Source: a virus
Lineage: Duplodnaviria > Caudoviricetes
Virus record (IMG/VR): IMGVR_UViG_3300030104_000130
Location: 1 to 55,124 of that record
Length of the DNA stretch: 55,124 nucleotides
Direction: 5' to 3' (one strand)
Position numbers and translations under genes: made by a program. Under the pieces are notes generated by a model. That model worked only from the letters and a program-made list of their open reading frames with translations, searched no databases and was not told the DNA's origin. This document shows, piece by piece, positions 44,901 to 53,583 of this stretch (the stretch's first letter is position 1; each line of letters begins with the position of its first letter).

Positions 44901-46239
44901 TGCTTTCACTTATAGGAATATTGTTTTGTCTAAGACCTTTTAGAGTAGATTCAACTAATTCAACTTGACCATCTGCCATTTGTCTCATTAAATTTGGTAA
45001 CTTATTTTTAAGAAAATCAGTTGCTTCTTTATCTTTCTTTTTAAGATTTGAAAATTTTTGTGCAGATATACCAGCTAACCTATATTGTTCTGCTTTACTT
45101 ACTTTGGTTCCTTTTACAACAACATCAAGTTGGGACATAACTCTATAACCATCTTCATCTACAACGTCAGCTAATAATTTTTTAGCGTTATTAAAATTAT
45201 CTACGTCAATTTGATATTTTTTAACAATTTGATTTAGATAAGTAGAACTTTCAAGTTGTTTTAAAAGTGGTGCAACATCGGCACTAATTTCAGGAACAAC
45301 AGAAGCAAGCTGTTCAACTTCTTCATTTGTTAATTTTGGAGCCTGTGTATCTTTTGCAGAACTTTGTACAATAACATCTTCTCCAGAATCATCAACTTTA
45401 CCAAGATTTATATTTTTATCTTTTGGACCATACATCTTATTAGCAAGTACAGTACCTCCTAATGTTGACAGACCACCCAAACCTGCAGCAAAAAATACAT
45501 TGCTTGGACTAACTTCTCCGTGATTTGCATATTCATATATAGATATGTCTACAGCACCAATTCCAGCACCTATTCCCGTTGCTCCAGCTTTACCAACTTT
45601 TGCAATCTTTGCCCAAGGAATTAAAAATGTTAGAGGGTCTACTAGTGCAGTTGATACACTACCAGCTATAACTTCTGCATCCCTACTAAACTTTGTAAAG
45701 TCTTTACCATACTTTGTTTTCATTAAATTATAAACTTTATCAACTCTTTCTTTAGCTAAATCTTCTACATTTTGTTGATAACTTTTATTATTACTTAACG
45801 TTAATCCACCAGCCTTAATTAATCTAAAAATATTACCAGCAGTCCATGTTTCTAAACGTGTACCTAATTCAAATTTTTCTGCAGATGTTGGTTCAATCGA
45901 AGTAGGTGTTGTATTATCAATAACAATCCTATCATCATCATATGTATTAATAGCGATAGATTTTTTAAAGGCAGCATAAATTCGATTGACATCTTGAATT
46001 TGCTGCTCTTTTGTTTGAGGTATAATTTCTGGAGAAAGAGGTTCTTCTTTTACTGAGACTGTAGGAATAGTTGCTTCTTCTTCAATAGATTCAATAGGAG
46101 TTTCTTGAACATCTTGTTGCATTTGTTCAAGTTTTTCTTTTTCTAATCGTCTACGTCTTTCTTCTTCTGTTTCAAAAACATCAGGGTCTTTAGACGTAAC
46201 CGTTTGTTTAAATATATCATATATTCGATTAGATTCCAT
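41974..46239 (-). CDS. Large internal virion (ejection) protein with C-terminal phage tail lysozyme domain
   Basis: 1421 aa; hydrophobic Gly-rich helices; AGILGNIGVE..GYGLFQF..QIQF..FSEKYEKP. Confidence 0.75.
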   Translation of the reverse strand: MESNRIYDIFKQTVTSKDPDVFETEEERRRRLEKEKLEQMQQDVQETPIESIEEEATIPTVSVKEEPLSPEIIPQTKEQQIQDVNRIYAAFKKSIAINTYDDDRIVIDNTTPTSIEPTSAEKFELGTRLETWTAGNIFRLIKAGGLTLSNNKSYQQNVEDLAKERVDKVYNLMKTKYGKDFTKFSRDAEVIAGSVSTALVDPLTFLIPWAKIAKVGKAGATGIGAGIGAVDISIYEYANHGEVSPSNVFFAAGLGGLSTLGGTVLANKMYGPKDKNINLGKVDDSGEDVIVQSSAKDTQAPKLTNEEVEQLASVVPEISADVAPLLKQLESSTYLNQIVKKYQIDVDNFNNAKKLLADVVDEDGYRVMSQLDVVVKGTKVSKAEQYRLAGISAQKFSNLKKKDKEATDFLKNKLPNLMRQMADGQVELVESTLKGLRQNNIPISESMLLNIMDGFVRPLFGGGLGYSIGTFVGDEDDNTSQYSFMAAGLALGGMSRMIEKTPYLTKDSKEKAFGFLNNSAAVGLHNFLKVWTSGNITTRNIAHGGPNETFARTLFTVLDGRKKSIISAEQATDSFNVWFSGRIAKVLKNANENEMNAAFKIVRQLDTEKNLIKEFNLTPENIKNVRQLVANVEVFKADVVKYAKQAGIDFEQIANYGLPQIYSREIMSNPTGFKKAIRQALKVEKPKLKGNKLNAQVEEIYENMTGQSQKTLFDIEGAQPIFKGVPYLKNFERERFFKDPKAIKILEPYLETNLVQVLDKWVSNTTRGVEFARKFGQRGDRMKVFFQDLYKQKELGKISEKAYKEKRKLIIDSTNAYFGVHGATSPVSDMSKNSMALLTFLANTTFLPRAVISQLGDLVQPFTNSSIGSASTALLARWRGDRDFARKLGIATDRTSMKSKEIDALLASGNHPTTNFEQGVVDATQKFFRYNGMIPLTDAAARWAFNTGIEDGFKLAKRYATSKKVSKAVANQLNSKGLTKKELTYLNKFDTITDAFDDSIGQSILVKAGNKTMNRDVLVPTAGNRMLFNQSKNPYVKSMGLFLSWAQAKSVQMNTLIRRVEDGDMKLAIKLLGSTAIYGGIRELQIMASPAQEYYEKNAPDRFSEKWWAEAVNLSGAADWRAEKFLRTFQYWTGSGSKSPIVNLSPILSQVDSLTKVPMKVSKNLEASDYEGAVVSVLKPTPAREFINVYNRLIIPVVNDTEYGIHLEELSDEPNIVRRTEFEKLRRPFDEGGEVQDEYPVSFVKKDPKDRESDDLGGMSYAEQMNRLGFNNGGNESQARIQKINNYLKKLGYSKNARAGILGNIGVETAYTYDHTTKQRNGNGYGLFQFDFQKKYYDDWRDKNKLNDTPESQIQFMHEVLKGNEEAMGFNTDDRQELQRIFKEGTPDEVAIQFSEKYEKPSEPHLDRRIETTNKLLNIID

Positions 46240-46248
46240 AGAGAAGTC

Positions 46249-48045
46249 CTAAGATTGTAAAGTTATAAATTCTTCTAATAAATCTGTAATATTAGGAAGT
46301 TTAGCAAGTTTTGTAGTTTTGATATCTCTTTCTTTTAAAAATTCTCTAAACATTTTACTTCGTGTAATTCCAGAAATTCCTAATGCTCGGTTAATATTTC
46401 CATCTTCTTCAATATAACTCAAGGCATTTTCAGCTCGTTTCACACTTCTTTCTTTTTGAGATTCTTTATCCATTCCTAGTAAACTAGGTATAGATGGCAT
46501 TTCTTTAATAGGTTCTCCACGTGCATTATAAAGACCGGACATTATTGGATCTTTTTTCTTTTCTTCTAAAGATTTTCTTAGTTCATTAAGTTTTAAATCT
46601 AACTCTTTATTTTTAGACCCACCATATGTTTCTTGGGCACGAATAATAAAATCTAATTTATCTTTAACTGTTGCTTTTTTATCAGCTATAGCTTGATTAA
46701 TACCCTGAAGAATTTCTTCGTCTGATGCATCACTTGGGAATAAATCTTTATTTGGTATATCGTTATCTGCTTTATCTACAGCGTTTTTAAATTCATCATA
46801 TTTAAAATGAAATTCTTGGATAGGCTTGTTATGCCTATCATACTGATCTGTATCTCTCATAACAAATAACCCCCTTTCACCAAAGCTACTTAGTGCTTCT
46901 TGAGTAGATACTTGTATATTTTTATCTATTGCAGATTTTGATGCTTCAATTCTTGTTGCTTCATAAGCCAAAGCACTCATAAAGTTTTCTTTGTTACTTG
47001 GACCAGTTGTACCATTAGTTTGTTTTGTAGGTGCATAACTTAACATATTTGCTATATCATATAGAGGAATCCCACCTTTGTCATCATCCGGAATATCTAA
47101 ACTAGGTAATCTATCTTTCCAATTTTTTCCATATTGAGATTTAAGAATATCTTTCTGTGTAGTGCTGTTTGGATTTATATCTATCATACTTACAATATAT
47201 GAATCAATAGCTTTATTACGAGTAAAGTCAGGTTGTTTATCTTTAAATATTGCTTGAATTTCTGGTGGCTGTTTATACAATGGAGTTACACCAGACTCGT
47301 CTTTAATTAATTCAACACCTGTGTTAGTTCGTTGCACACTTTCTAAGTATGCAGCTAATCTAGTCATAGCTTCAGACTCTTCAACACCTCTAGGAATTAA
47401 TACTGTTCTACCACCAAGCTCTGCTTCAACAAGTTGTCCGGTTTTACCTTGCATATATGCCATCATAGCACCGCCAGTTTTTGATGTTCTCGCTAAAGTT
47501 TTTTGAGTATCAACAATAATTTTTTGTAATTGTGGTGGTAGCTTTTTAACATCTTTTACATCTGATAAATTAAATGATTTTAAATCAATGCCTAAATTTC
47601 CAGCTTTATATTGTGGTAAATATTGTAAATATAATTTATTTTTTTCTTGGTCAGCTTCGTATTTTTTCTCTACCAAAGAGTCTAAATATTTAGAATATTC
47701 AATTGTATCCGTAGGAGCTTTATATTCTTGACTTGCTTTTAATTTAGCATCTTCTTGTAATCTTAAAGCAGTTTTATAATCTTGTGTATTATATTTTGTA
47801 AGTAACTTATCCCTCTCTGAAAAATATTGGTTAGCTTCATTTAAGTTTCCAGCAACGTTTTGAATAACAGGCATTAAACTATTATTAAATTCCTGCATTC
47901 TAGATGCTGCTTTTTTTCTTAAATAATAATTTTTAGCTTTTAATCCTAGTAATAGTCCTGTAAAAGCATAAGCCTTTTTCTTTTCTTTTTTACTTTTTTT
48001 ACGTGCTTGAGCTAATAGTGATTCGCCTAGTTGTTCAATTGCCAT
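46249..48045 (-). CDS. Probable internal virion protein
   Basis: 598 aa in ejection-protein block. Confidence 0.55.
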   Translation of the reverse strand: MAIEQLGESLLAQARKKSKKEKKKAYAFTGLLLGLKAKNYYLRKKAASRMQEFNNSLMPVIQNVAGNLNEANQYFSERDKLLTKYNTQDYKTALRLQEDAKLKASQEYKAPTDTIEYSKYLDSLVEKKYEADQEKNKLYLQYLPQYKAGNLGIDLKSFNLSDVKDVKKLPPQLQKIIVDTQKTLARTSKTGGAMMAYMQGKTGQLVEAELGGRTVLIPRGVEESEAMTRLAAYLESVQRTNTGVELIKDESGVTPLYKQPPEIQAIFKDKQPDFTRNKAIDSYIVSMIDINPNSTTQKDILKSQYGKNWKDRLPSLDIPDDDKGGIPLYDIANMLSYAPTKQTNGTTGPSNKENFMSALAYEATRIEASKSAIDKNIQVSTQEALSSFGERGLFVMRDTDQYDRHNKPIQEFHFKYDEFKNAVDKADNDIPNKDLFPSDASDEEILQGINQAIADKKATVKDKLDFIIRAQETYGGSKNKELDLKLNELRKSLEEKKKDPIMSGLYNARGEPIKEMPSIPSLLGMDKESQKERSVKRAENALSYIEEDGNINRALGISGITRSKMFREFLKERDIKTTKLAKLPNITDLLEEFITLQS

Positions 48046-48644
48046 TATAATTCTCTCTTAGTTAATAATCCTTGTTCGGGTTGTGCTAGTAAACTTTCTG
48101 GAACTTCTACTTCTTTAATTTGTTCCATAATATCTGACGGTAAAACTCCTGAAGGTATTTGTCCTTTTGTAGGCTCTTTAATTTTTTCCTTTGCAGTTTC
48201 CATAACTTTTTCCATCGCTGACAATTGCTCTTCATCATCATCAAAATCTTCTTCTTCTTCACCTCTATAAATTGTATAATCAAGTACACCAGCTCTTTCA
48301 ACCAATGCCATGATTAAATACATAGTAGGCTCAATTAATAACATCATTAAATCTGGATTCCAGCTACCTTCTTGAAATCCAGAATATAAAATAAACTGCG
48401 TAATATCAGAAATAGGAGTACCTCTTCTTGCCATTTCAACAATACCACTATAAGATTCAGGTTCAGTCATATCAATAAACAAAGCATCAATAGCTGGTTG
48501 AAGTTCTGTAAACTGTGGCGGTTGCTCCCAAGGATAAGGATTATCTGGATTGTTTGTTAATGATTGACCGGGAATAGGTCTTTGCATACTTCCCAAAAAG
48601 TTTAATCCTTCTTGATCGTAATTTTTATAATTTTTTTCTATCAT
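48045..48644 (-). CDS. Virion-associated hypothetical protein
   Basis: RPIPGQSLT..YPWEQPP motif; acidic. Confidence 0.55.
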   Translation of the reverse strand: MIEKNYKNYDQEGLNFLGSMQRPIPGQSLTNNPDNPYPWEQPPQFTELQPAIDALFIDMTEPESYSGIVEMARRGTPISDITQFILYSGFQEGSWNPDLMMLLIEPTMYLIMALVERAGVLDYTIYRGEEEEDFDDDEEQLSAMEKVMETAKEKIKEPTKGQIPSGVLPSDIMEQIKEVEVPESLLAQPEQGLLTKREL

Positions 48645-48647
48645 TAT

Positions 48648-49508
48648 TTAATTCCTGTTAATACCTTGAGTAAACCAAGCGTTCCATTCATTACCACGAT
48701 ACGTTGTTTCTGCTCCTTGTAAAATTGCTGCTGGTGTATTATAATAAAGACCATTAGAATTATATATGTTTTCCTCTTTATTTATTCTTGAAGGCTCTGA
48801 TATGTTACTAAAATCTGCAACATAAGGAGATGAATAACCATATTCATTTTCATCTCTATCAAACAGATAGTCTATACCTGCACTTGTAATTTTTTCTGCA
48901 ATTTTTGTAGGTGCTTCAGTTATTTCTGTTTTTAATTTATCAGGTATCTCTTTTGCAGCATCTACAGCAGTTTCAAAAAATGTTTTATTTTCAGCTTCTT
49001 TTTTTACTGTATCTTTTACTACTTCTGTAGGAACATCTTTAGTAGAAATAACTTCGGTTTTTGGCACGTCTTGTGTAATATTCATTGGATCTTTTTCAAC
49101 ATTACCTTTTATCCAATCTCCAAAGTCTCCAATTTTTTCACCTACATAATCAAATGCACCATTAATAGCACCACTAACAGTATTGTAAGCTCCTTTAATT
49201 CCATTAGCTGCCATTTGAATGCCTTGAAAAGTATAACCTACAGCCTTTTGAAATATGTTTGCACCGGGTCCTGTTAATCCTGCAATAGTAGAACTAAATG
49301 CACTACCTGTTAAGTAACTAAATGTAGACCCAATTGCCCAAGGCATAATAAAGCCTAACGCAAGTTGACCAACAATACCAAGTTTTTGAAAAGGTTTTGC
49401 AATTTTACCAATAACTTTACCTACTTTTTTGGCAATCTTTTTAATACCCCTTCCTACTTTTTTTACAATCTTTTTAAAAGATTTTCCTATTTTACTTAAT
49501 ATTCCCAT
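48648..49508 (-). CDS. Probable ejection protein with cationic amphipathic N-terminus
   Basis: MGILSKIGKSFKKIVKKVGRGIKKIAKKVG then hydrophobic helix. Confidence 0.6.
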   Translation of the reverse strand: MGILSKIGKSFKKIVKKVGRGIKKIAKKVGKVIGKIAKPFQKLGIVGQLALGFIMPWAIGSTFSYLTGSAFSSTIAGLTGPGANIFQKAVGYTFQGIQMAANGIKGAYNTVSGAINGAFDYVGEKIGDFGDWIKGNVEKDPMNITQDVPKTEVISTKDVPTEVVKDTVKKEAENKTFFETAVDAAKEIPDKLKTEITEAPTKIAEKITSAGIDYLFDRDENEYGYSSPYVADFSNISEPSRINKEENIYNSNGLYYNTPAAILQGAETTYRGNEWNAWFTQGINRN

Positions 49509-49519
49509 ATAATCTCCAA

Positions 49520-51604
49520 TTAACCTTTACCAAACATAGTATTCCATATCTGTGACACATTTGTCATTGTTGCACCCCAGTCTTTTGCTGACTCTCCTTC
49601 ATTAGCGAGAGCCTGTGCATATAGTTGAGCTTTTCTATTTTCTTCATTTTCATAAGCTCTAAAATCATAATCAGCTTGATCTCTCAATTCTTGCCATAAA
49701 AATGCCTGTGCTTGTGCAGATAAATTAAATGCATTCTGTGCGTTCTGCATAGATACTTGATTTGCAGCAGCAGTGTTAATAGTATTAGCTTGTCTTCGCC
49801 ATGCTAAGTTTGCTTGTTCAACTGCTTGTGCATTAGCTACATTAAACTTTTCTCTATCAAACTCTACCTGAGAATTAAATTGATTTATTTGATTAACCAT
49901 TGCAGCATTAGCCTTTTCTAAATCTGCTTCAACTTGAAACTCTAACGCTTGTCTAGCATTAATTTGTTGTGTGTTAAACTGCGACATAGCGTTAGCTTGT
50001 TGTGTATTAAACTGTTCGACTTGAGTTGCTAGGCTTGTCATAAACTGCTGTGTTTGATTCTCACTAGCAGCATTAAATTGTCTTGCAGCATTTTGTGAAG
50101 ACTGATTACTTAATAAAGTTTGTTGAGCTTGTTGAGCTTTTAATATATTAGCTTGTTGCTCATTATTAAGATTTGTTAAATCCATTTGTAAAAAAGACCT
50201 TGCATTATTTATTTGTGCTTGTTGATTAAAATCTGCTTCAGCTAAATTAGCCTGTGACATAAGCATAGCATTTTGTATAGTGCTTTGTTGTGTCATATTG
50301 GCTTCCGTAATTCCTACAGTTTGTAAAAATTTACTGTTAGATAACGCTATTTGTTGGTCAGCACTAAACTGAGCCATGTCTAATTGAAAAACTTTACCAG
50401 CGTTATCAAGTGCTGTTTGTTGTCTAAACTGAGCATTTTGTATTTCAGCTTGAGCTTCAATAGCTTTCTGTTGTCCTACACTTTGCTGAATTGCTTGTGC
50501 ATTAGCTTGTGCTAAAGGAACAGCAGATTGAATAATAGCATTGAGCAAAGCATCTCTACCCACTGTTGAAGCTTCCATACCACGTTGTGCTAATAATTTT
50601 TCTACACTAGCAACAGCAGGTCTAGCCCAAACAGGTATCTCACCTTCTTCAATACCACTTAGTAAACTGTCTAACTGATTAGATACTAAAGCTTCTTCAG
50701 GTAGACCAGCGATAACTCCACGTTCAGCTTCTGTTAAATCCATCAACCTAGCTTCTAGGTCTTCAGGGTCGTTACCTAATATAGCTATATCTTCAGCACT
50801 AACACCAGCGTTAGCTAACTGTTTCTTAGCCCTTGTAACACGTGCTAGAGTAGTACCTGCTACTTGAGCAGCTTCTGCCATAGCATTAGGACTCATAGTT
50901 CCTATAACTCTTTCAGTTAATGCACCGGGAATAATTTCTACTTCAGCAGCTTCAATAGGAGCCACACGTTCTACTTCTGCAGCTTCTGCTAATGCTTCAG
51001 GTCTTACCTCACCTTCTGCAACATCTACTTCTGGAGCTTCTGTAATTTGAGCTGCTTCCATTTGTGCAGCAGTAAGTGGTTCAGGAGCAGACACTGCTGG
51101 TGCAGCTTCTGCAGTTACAGCTTCTGGAGCTGTTGGCATATCAGCAGTTTCAGCTACTAAATCTTCTCGAGGTGCTACTTCTTTAGCTACACCCATCTCA
51201 CCTACTTCTACTTGTTGAGGTGCTTGAACTTGAGGAACACCTGTCATGTCTCCAGCAGCTAATTGTTCTGCTCTTCTTTTAGGATTTGTAATTCTTGTTT
51301 TAACAGGTTTTGGTTTATCTACTGGTTTAGTTTCTAAAAGACCTCCAGAAACAGAACCTGCTCCACCCATTCCCGGATCGGGTCTGTCTACGGATACAGT
51401 TTTAACCACGTCTCCAGTGCCACCACCATTAATGTCAGGTCTATCAACTAAATCATTTCTAGTATTTTGACGTTCTTGTTCTTCACGAAGTCTTTCTAAT
51501 TCTTCTATTTGAGGAACACCACCAATTTGTTTTGCAACTCTACCACCTTGACGATAGTCTTCTCTTTTACTAGAACTTCTTTTTCTATCTTTTCTTTTTG
51601 ACAT
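49520..51604 (-). CDS. Probable internal virion protein, Gln/Ala/Asn-rich helical
   Basis: Long QFN/NAQ-rich helical C-half typical of DNA-ejection proteins. Confidence 0.6.
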   Translation of the reverse strand: MSKRKDRKRSSSKREDYRQGGRVAKQIGGVPQIEELERLREEQERQNTRNDLVDRPDINGGGTGDVVKTVSVDRPDPGMGGAGSVSGGLLETKPVDKPKPVKTRITNPKRRAEQLAAGDMTGVPQVQAPQQVEVGEMGVAKEVAPREDLVAETADMPTAPEAVTAEAAPAVSAPEPLTAAQMEAAQITEAPEVDVAEGEVRPEALAEAAEVERVAPIEAAEVEIIPGALTERVIGTMSPNAMAEAAQVAGTTLARVTRAKKQLANAGVSAEDIAILGNDPEDLEARLMDLTEAERGVIAGLPEEALVSNQLDSLLSGIEEGEIPVWARPAVASVEKLLAQRGMEASTVGRDALLNAIIQSAVPLAQANAQAIQQSVGQQKAIEAQAEIQNAQFRQQTALDNAGKVFQLDMAQFSADQQIALSNSKFLQTVGITEANMTQQSTIQNAMLMSQANLAEADFNQQAQINNARSFLQMDLTNLNNEQQANILKAQQAQQTLLSNQSSQNAARQFNAASENQTQQFMTSLATQVEQFNTQQANAMSQFNTQQINARQALEFQVEADLEKANAAMVNQINQFNSQVEFDREKFNVANAQAVEQANLAWRRQANTINTAAANQVSMQNAQNAFNLSAQAQAFLWQELRDQADYDFRAYENEENRKAQLYAQALANEGESAKDWGATMTNVSQIWNTMFGKG

Positions 51605-51626
51605 TATTATTTCCTATATACCTATT

Positions 51627-51872
51627 TTACTTAACTTCAAACAGTTTGTCAAGCTTTTCACTGATTTTATCCATCCTATCCATGATGGCATTCATATCAT
51701 CTCTTAATTCATTCTTAGTAACATACTCTTTCGCAATCTCTTCACGTGTCTTATTTAAAAGTATGTCTTGTCTTTTTAACTCTGCTGCGTTTTGTCTAAT
51801 CTGAAACCAGATAGGAGCAAGTACCAAAGTTATAAGAACATTCCAAACAATGTAAGGTGATACCATTTCCAT
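51627..51872 (-). CDS. Small TM plus coiled-coil protein
   Basis: N-terminal TM; TREEIAKEYVTK..MDRMDKISEKLD. Confidence 0.6.
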   Translation of the reverse strand: MEMVSPYIVWNVLITLVLAPIWFQIRQNAAELKRQDILLNKTREEIAKEYVTKNELRDDMNAIMDRMDKISEKLDKLFEVK

Positions 51873-51873
51873 G

Positions 51874-52473
51874 TTATTCTACTGTTGGTAATTCGCCAAG
51901 AGGTCTGACGGGTGGTGTTGCATCGTTGTATACATACAAAGCTGCTAAAGCATCTACGTCTGCAGCATTTGTAATCTGTGTACACATAGCGTTAGCCTTA
52001 GTTCTTACTGCAGCTCTTTTAGTTGTAATAGAACTAGGTACTGCTGTACCGCCTTCTGCAGCTCTAACAACCATCCAGTCTGTAGGTGCTAACATATTAC
52101 CAGCTTGTGCGTTGATAGTATCTATATGACCTTGACGAATACCCGGTTGCTTAACTTCACCTTCAGTACCAAGACCATCTGTTTCGTCTTGTGCTGTAAA
52201 GAGTACATCATCCATTGGTTTAGCTGTAGCTGTACCATAACTTGCAGTGACTGTGCCACTTGCGAAGTTAAACGATTGATTAGTATTTACATAATACTTT
52301 TCATCTTTAAGATTTGTATTGTCAAAAACGACACTATAAATCCCCAATGCTTCTAGTTCAGAAGCTGACCAAAGCATAAATATATTAGCAGGATAATTAA
52401 CATCTCCCACTACTATAGCTTTGGGTCTTGTGTAAATTTGGGTTACACTTCCCGATTCTACTAATGCCCACAT
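51874..52473 (-). CDS. Tail fibre assembly / accessory protein
   Basis: YPANIF..W, LAPTDWMVVR..E motifs; follows tail-tip genes. Confidence 0.55.
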   Translation of the reverse strand: MWALVESGSVTQIYTRPKAIVVGDVNYPANIFMLWSASELEALGIYSVVFDNTNLKDEKYYVNTNQSFNFASGTVTASYGTATAKPMDDVLFTAQDETDGLGTEGEVKQPGIRQGHIDTINAQAGNMLAPTDWMVVRAAEGGTAVPSSITTKRAAVRTKANAMCTQITNAADVDALAALYVYNDATPPVRPLGELPTVE

Positions 52474-52509
52474 AATTTTTCTCCTATAATAAAGTGGTTA
52501 GTTAAATGT

Positions 52510-53583
52510 TTAACGTGCTGTACACGGGACACCGGTTGATGTCGTAAAAGGATTTTCTGCAAATGCCATATAGATGTATGATGCACCTGATGCGTTAGCA
52601 GAAGCTGCTGTGCTTCTAAACTTAAAACCATTGCTTAATAAATCTACATTATCTCCTGCACTTCCTTCAGCAGAAGAAGCATTTGGTTTAATTCTTGGTA
52701 TAGCTCCATTTACACCTCTTTTTGTATCTACTAGTCTCCAATCTCCAGTTGTGCTTGTTATTTTCCACAAAAGAAAAGCAGGTTTAAATCCTGTATAAAC
52801 AAACGAACCATTTGCATTTCCATTACCGACATACTTGCCAAACTTGCTGTAGCCTTGTTTTTGTGCAAAGACGTAGGCTACATATGTGCTACCTGAACCC
52901 CCAATAGTTGCATCACCTGCTATTCTCATTACATTACTATTTGCAGGTGAAGAACCCCAAAAATTATTATATGTTGATGTTGCTCCCGTGCTTTGTAAAA
53001 TTAAATAATCGCTTGTGCCACCTAAGATGCTAGAGTCATTAAAACCCACCGCCCAAGAGCCTGTACCACTTCTTCTTTTTATAATCCACATATCAGGTGC
53101 TACGCCTAAATTATGTCCTAGTGTTTCACCTCCACCTGTTCCTGTGTAAGTAATAATATTAAAACCAGCAGTACTATTAGATTGCACTGTAGTATTTATA
53201 GAACCATCTGTATTTGAAGCTGTCGTACCACCATTGGCTTTCCAACTCCAACTAACCATGCTTGTTCCACTGCCTTGAAAGCCTGAATCTCCAACACCAT
53301 CTAATGTAAAACCATCAGAATCAAAATCCATCCTGTAATTAGTATATGTGCTTTCAGCAGCAGTTGAATTAGAAACTAAATGTTGGTCATTGTTTGATGT
53401 TCCACCTCTTGAAGTGTCTTTTAATATATGGCTATATCCAACATCTCGTCTTTTTGACCACACAAAATCAGGTTGCATATCTGAGTTACCATCAAAAGTA
53501 ACTGCATTTCCTGCTGTCGCATTACCAGTCCAAAGAGCAGTCTGAAAATGTGCTGATGGATCGTCTATATTTGTATAAGCCAT
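52510..53583 (-). CDS. Tail-tip accessory protein, copy B
   Basis: Paralog of 521-1585. Confidence 0.7.
   Translation of the reverse strand: MAYTNIDDPSAHFQTALWTGNATAGNAVTFDGNSDMQPDFVWSKRRDVGYSHILKDTSRGGTSNNDQHLVSNSTAAESTYTNYRMDFDSDGFTLDGVGDSGFQGSGTSMVSWSWKANGGTTASNTDGSINTTVQSNSTAGFNIITYTGTGGGETLGHNLGVAPDMWIIKRRSGTGSWAVGFNDSSILGGTSDYLILQSTGATSTYNNFWGSSPANSNVMRIAGDATIGGSGSTYVAYVFAQKQGYSKFGKYVGNGNANGSFVYTGFKPAFLLWKITSTTGDWRLVDTKRGVNGAIPRIKPNASSAEGSAGDNVDLLSNGFKFRSTAASANASGASYIYMAFAENPFTTSTGVPCTAR

Noticed and set aside
79-53545. Many short opposite-strand ORFs in the track (e.g. 79-273, 4526-4741, 38348-38746, 40585-41004)
   Set aside because: Antisense shadows of real genes, without RBS or protein-like composition
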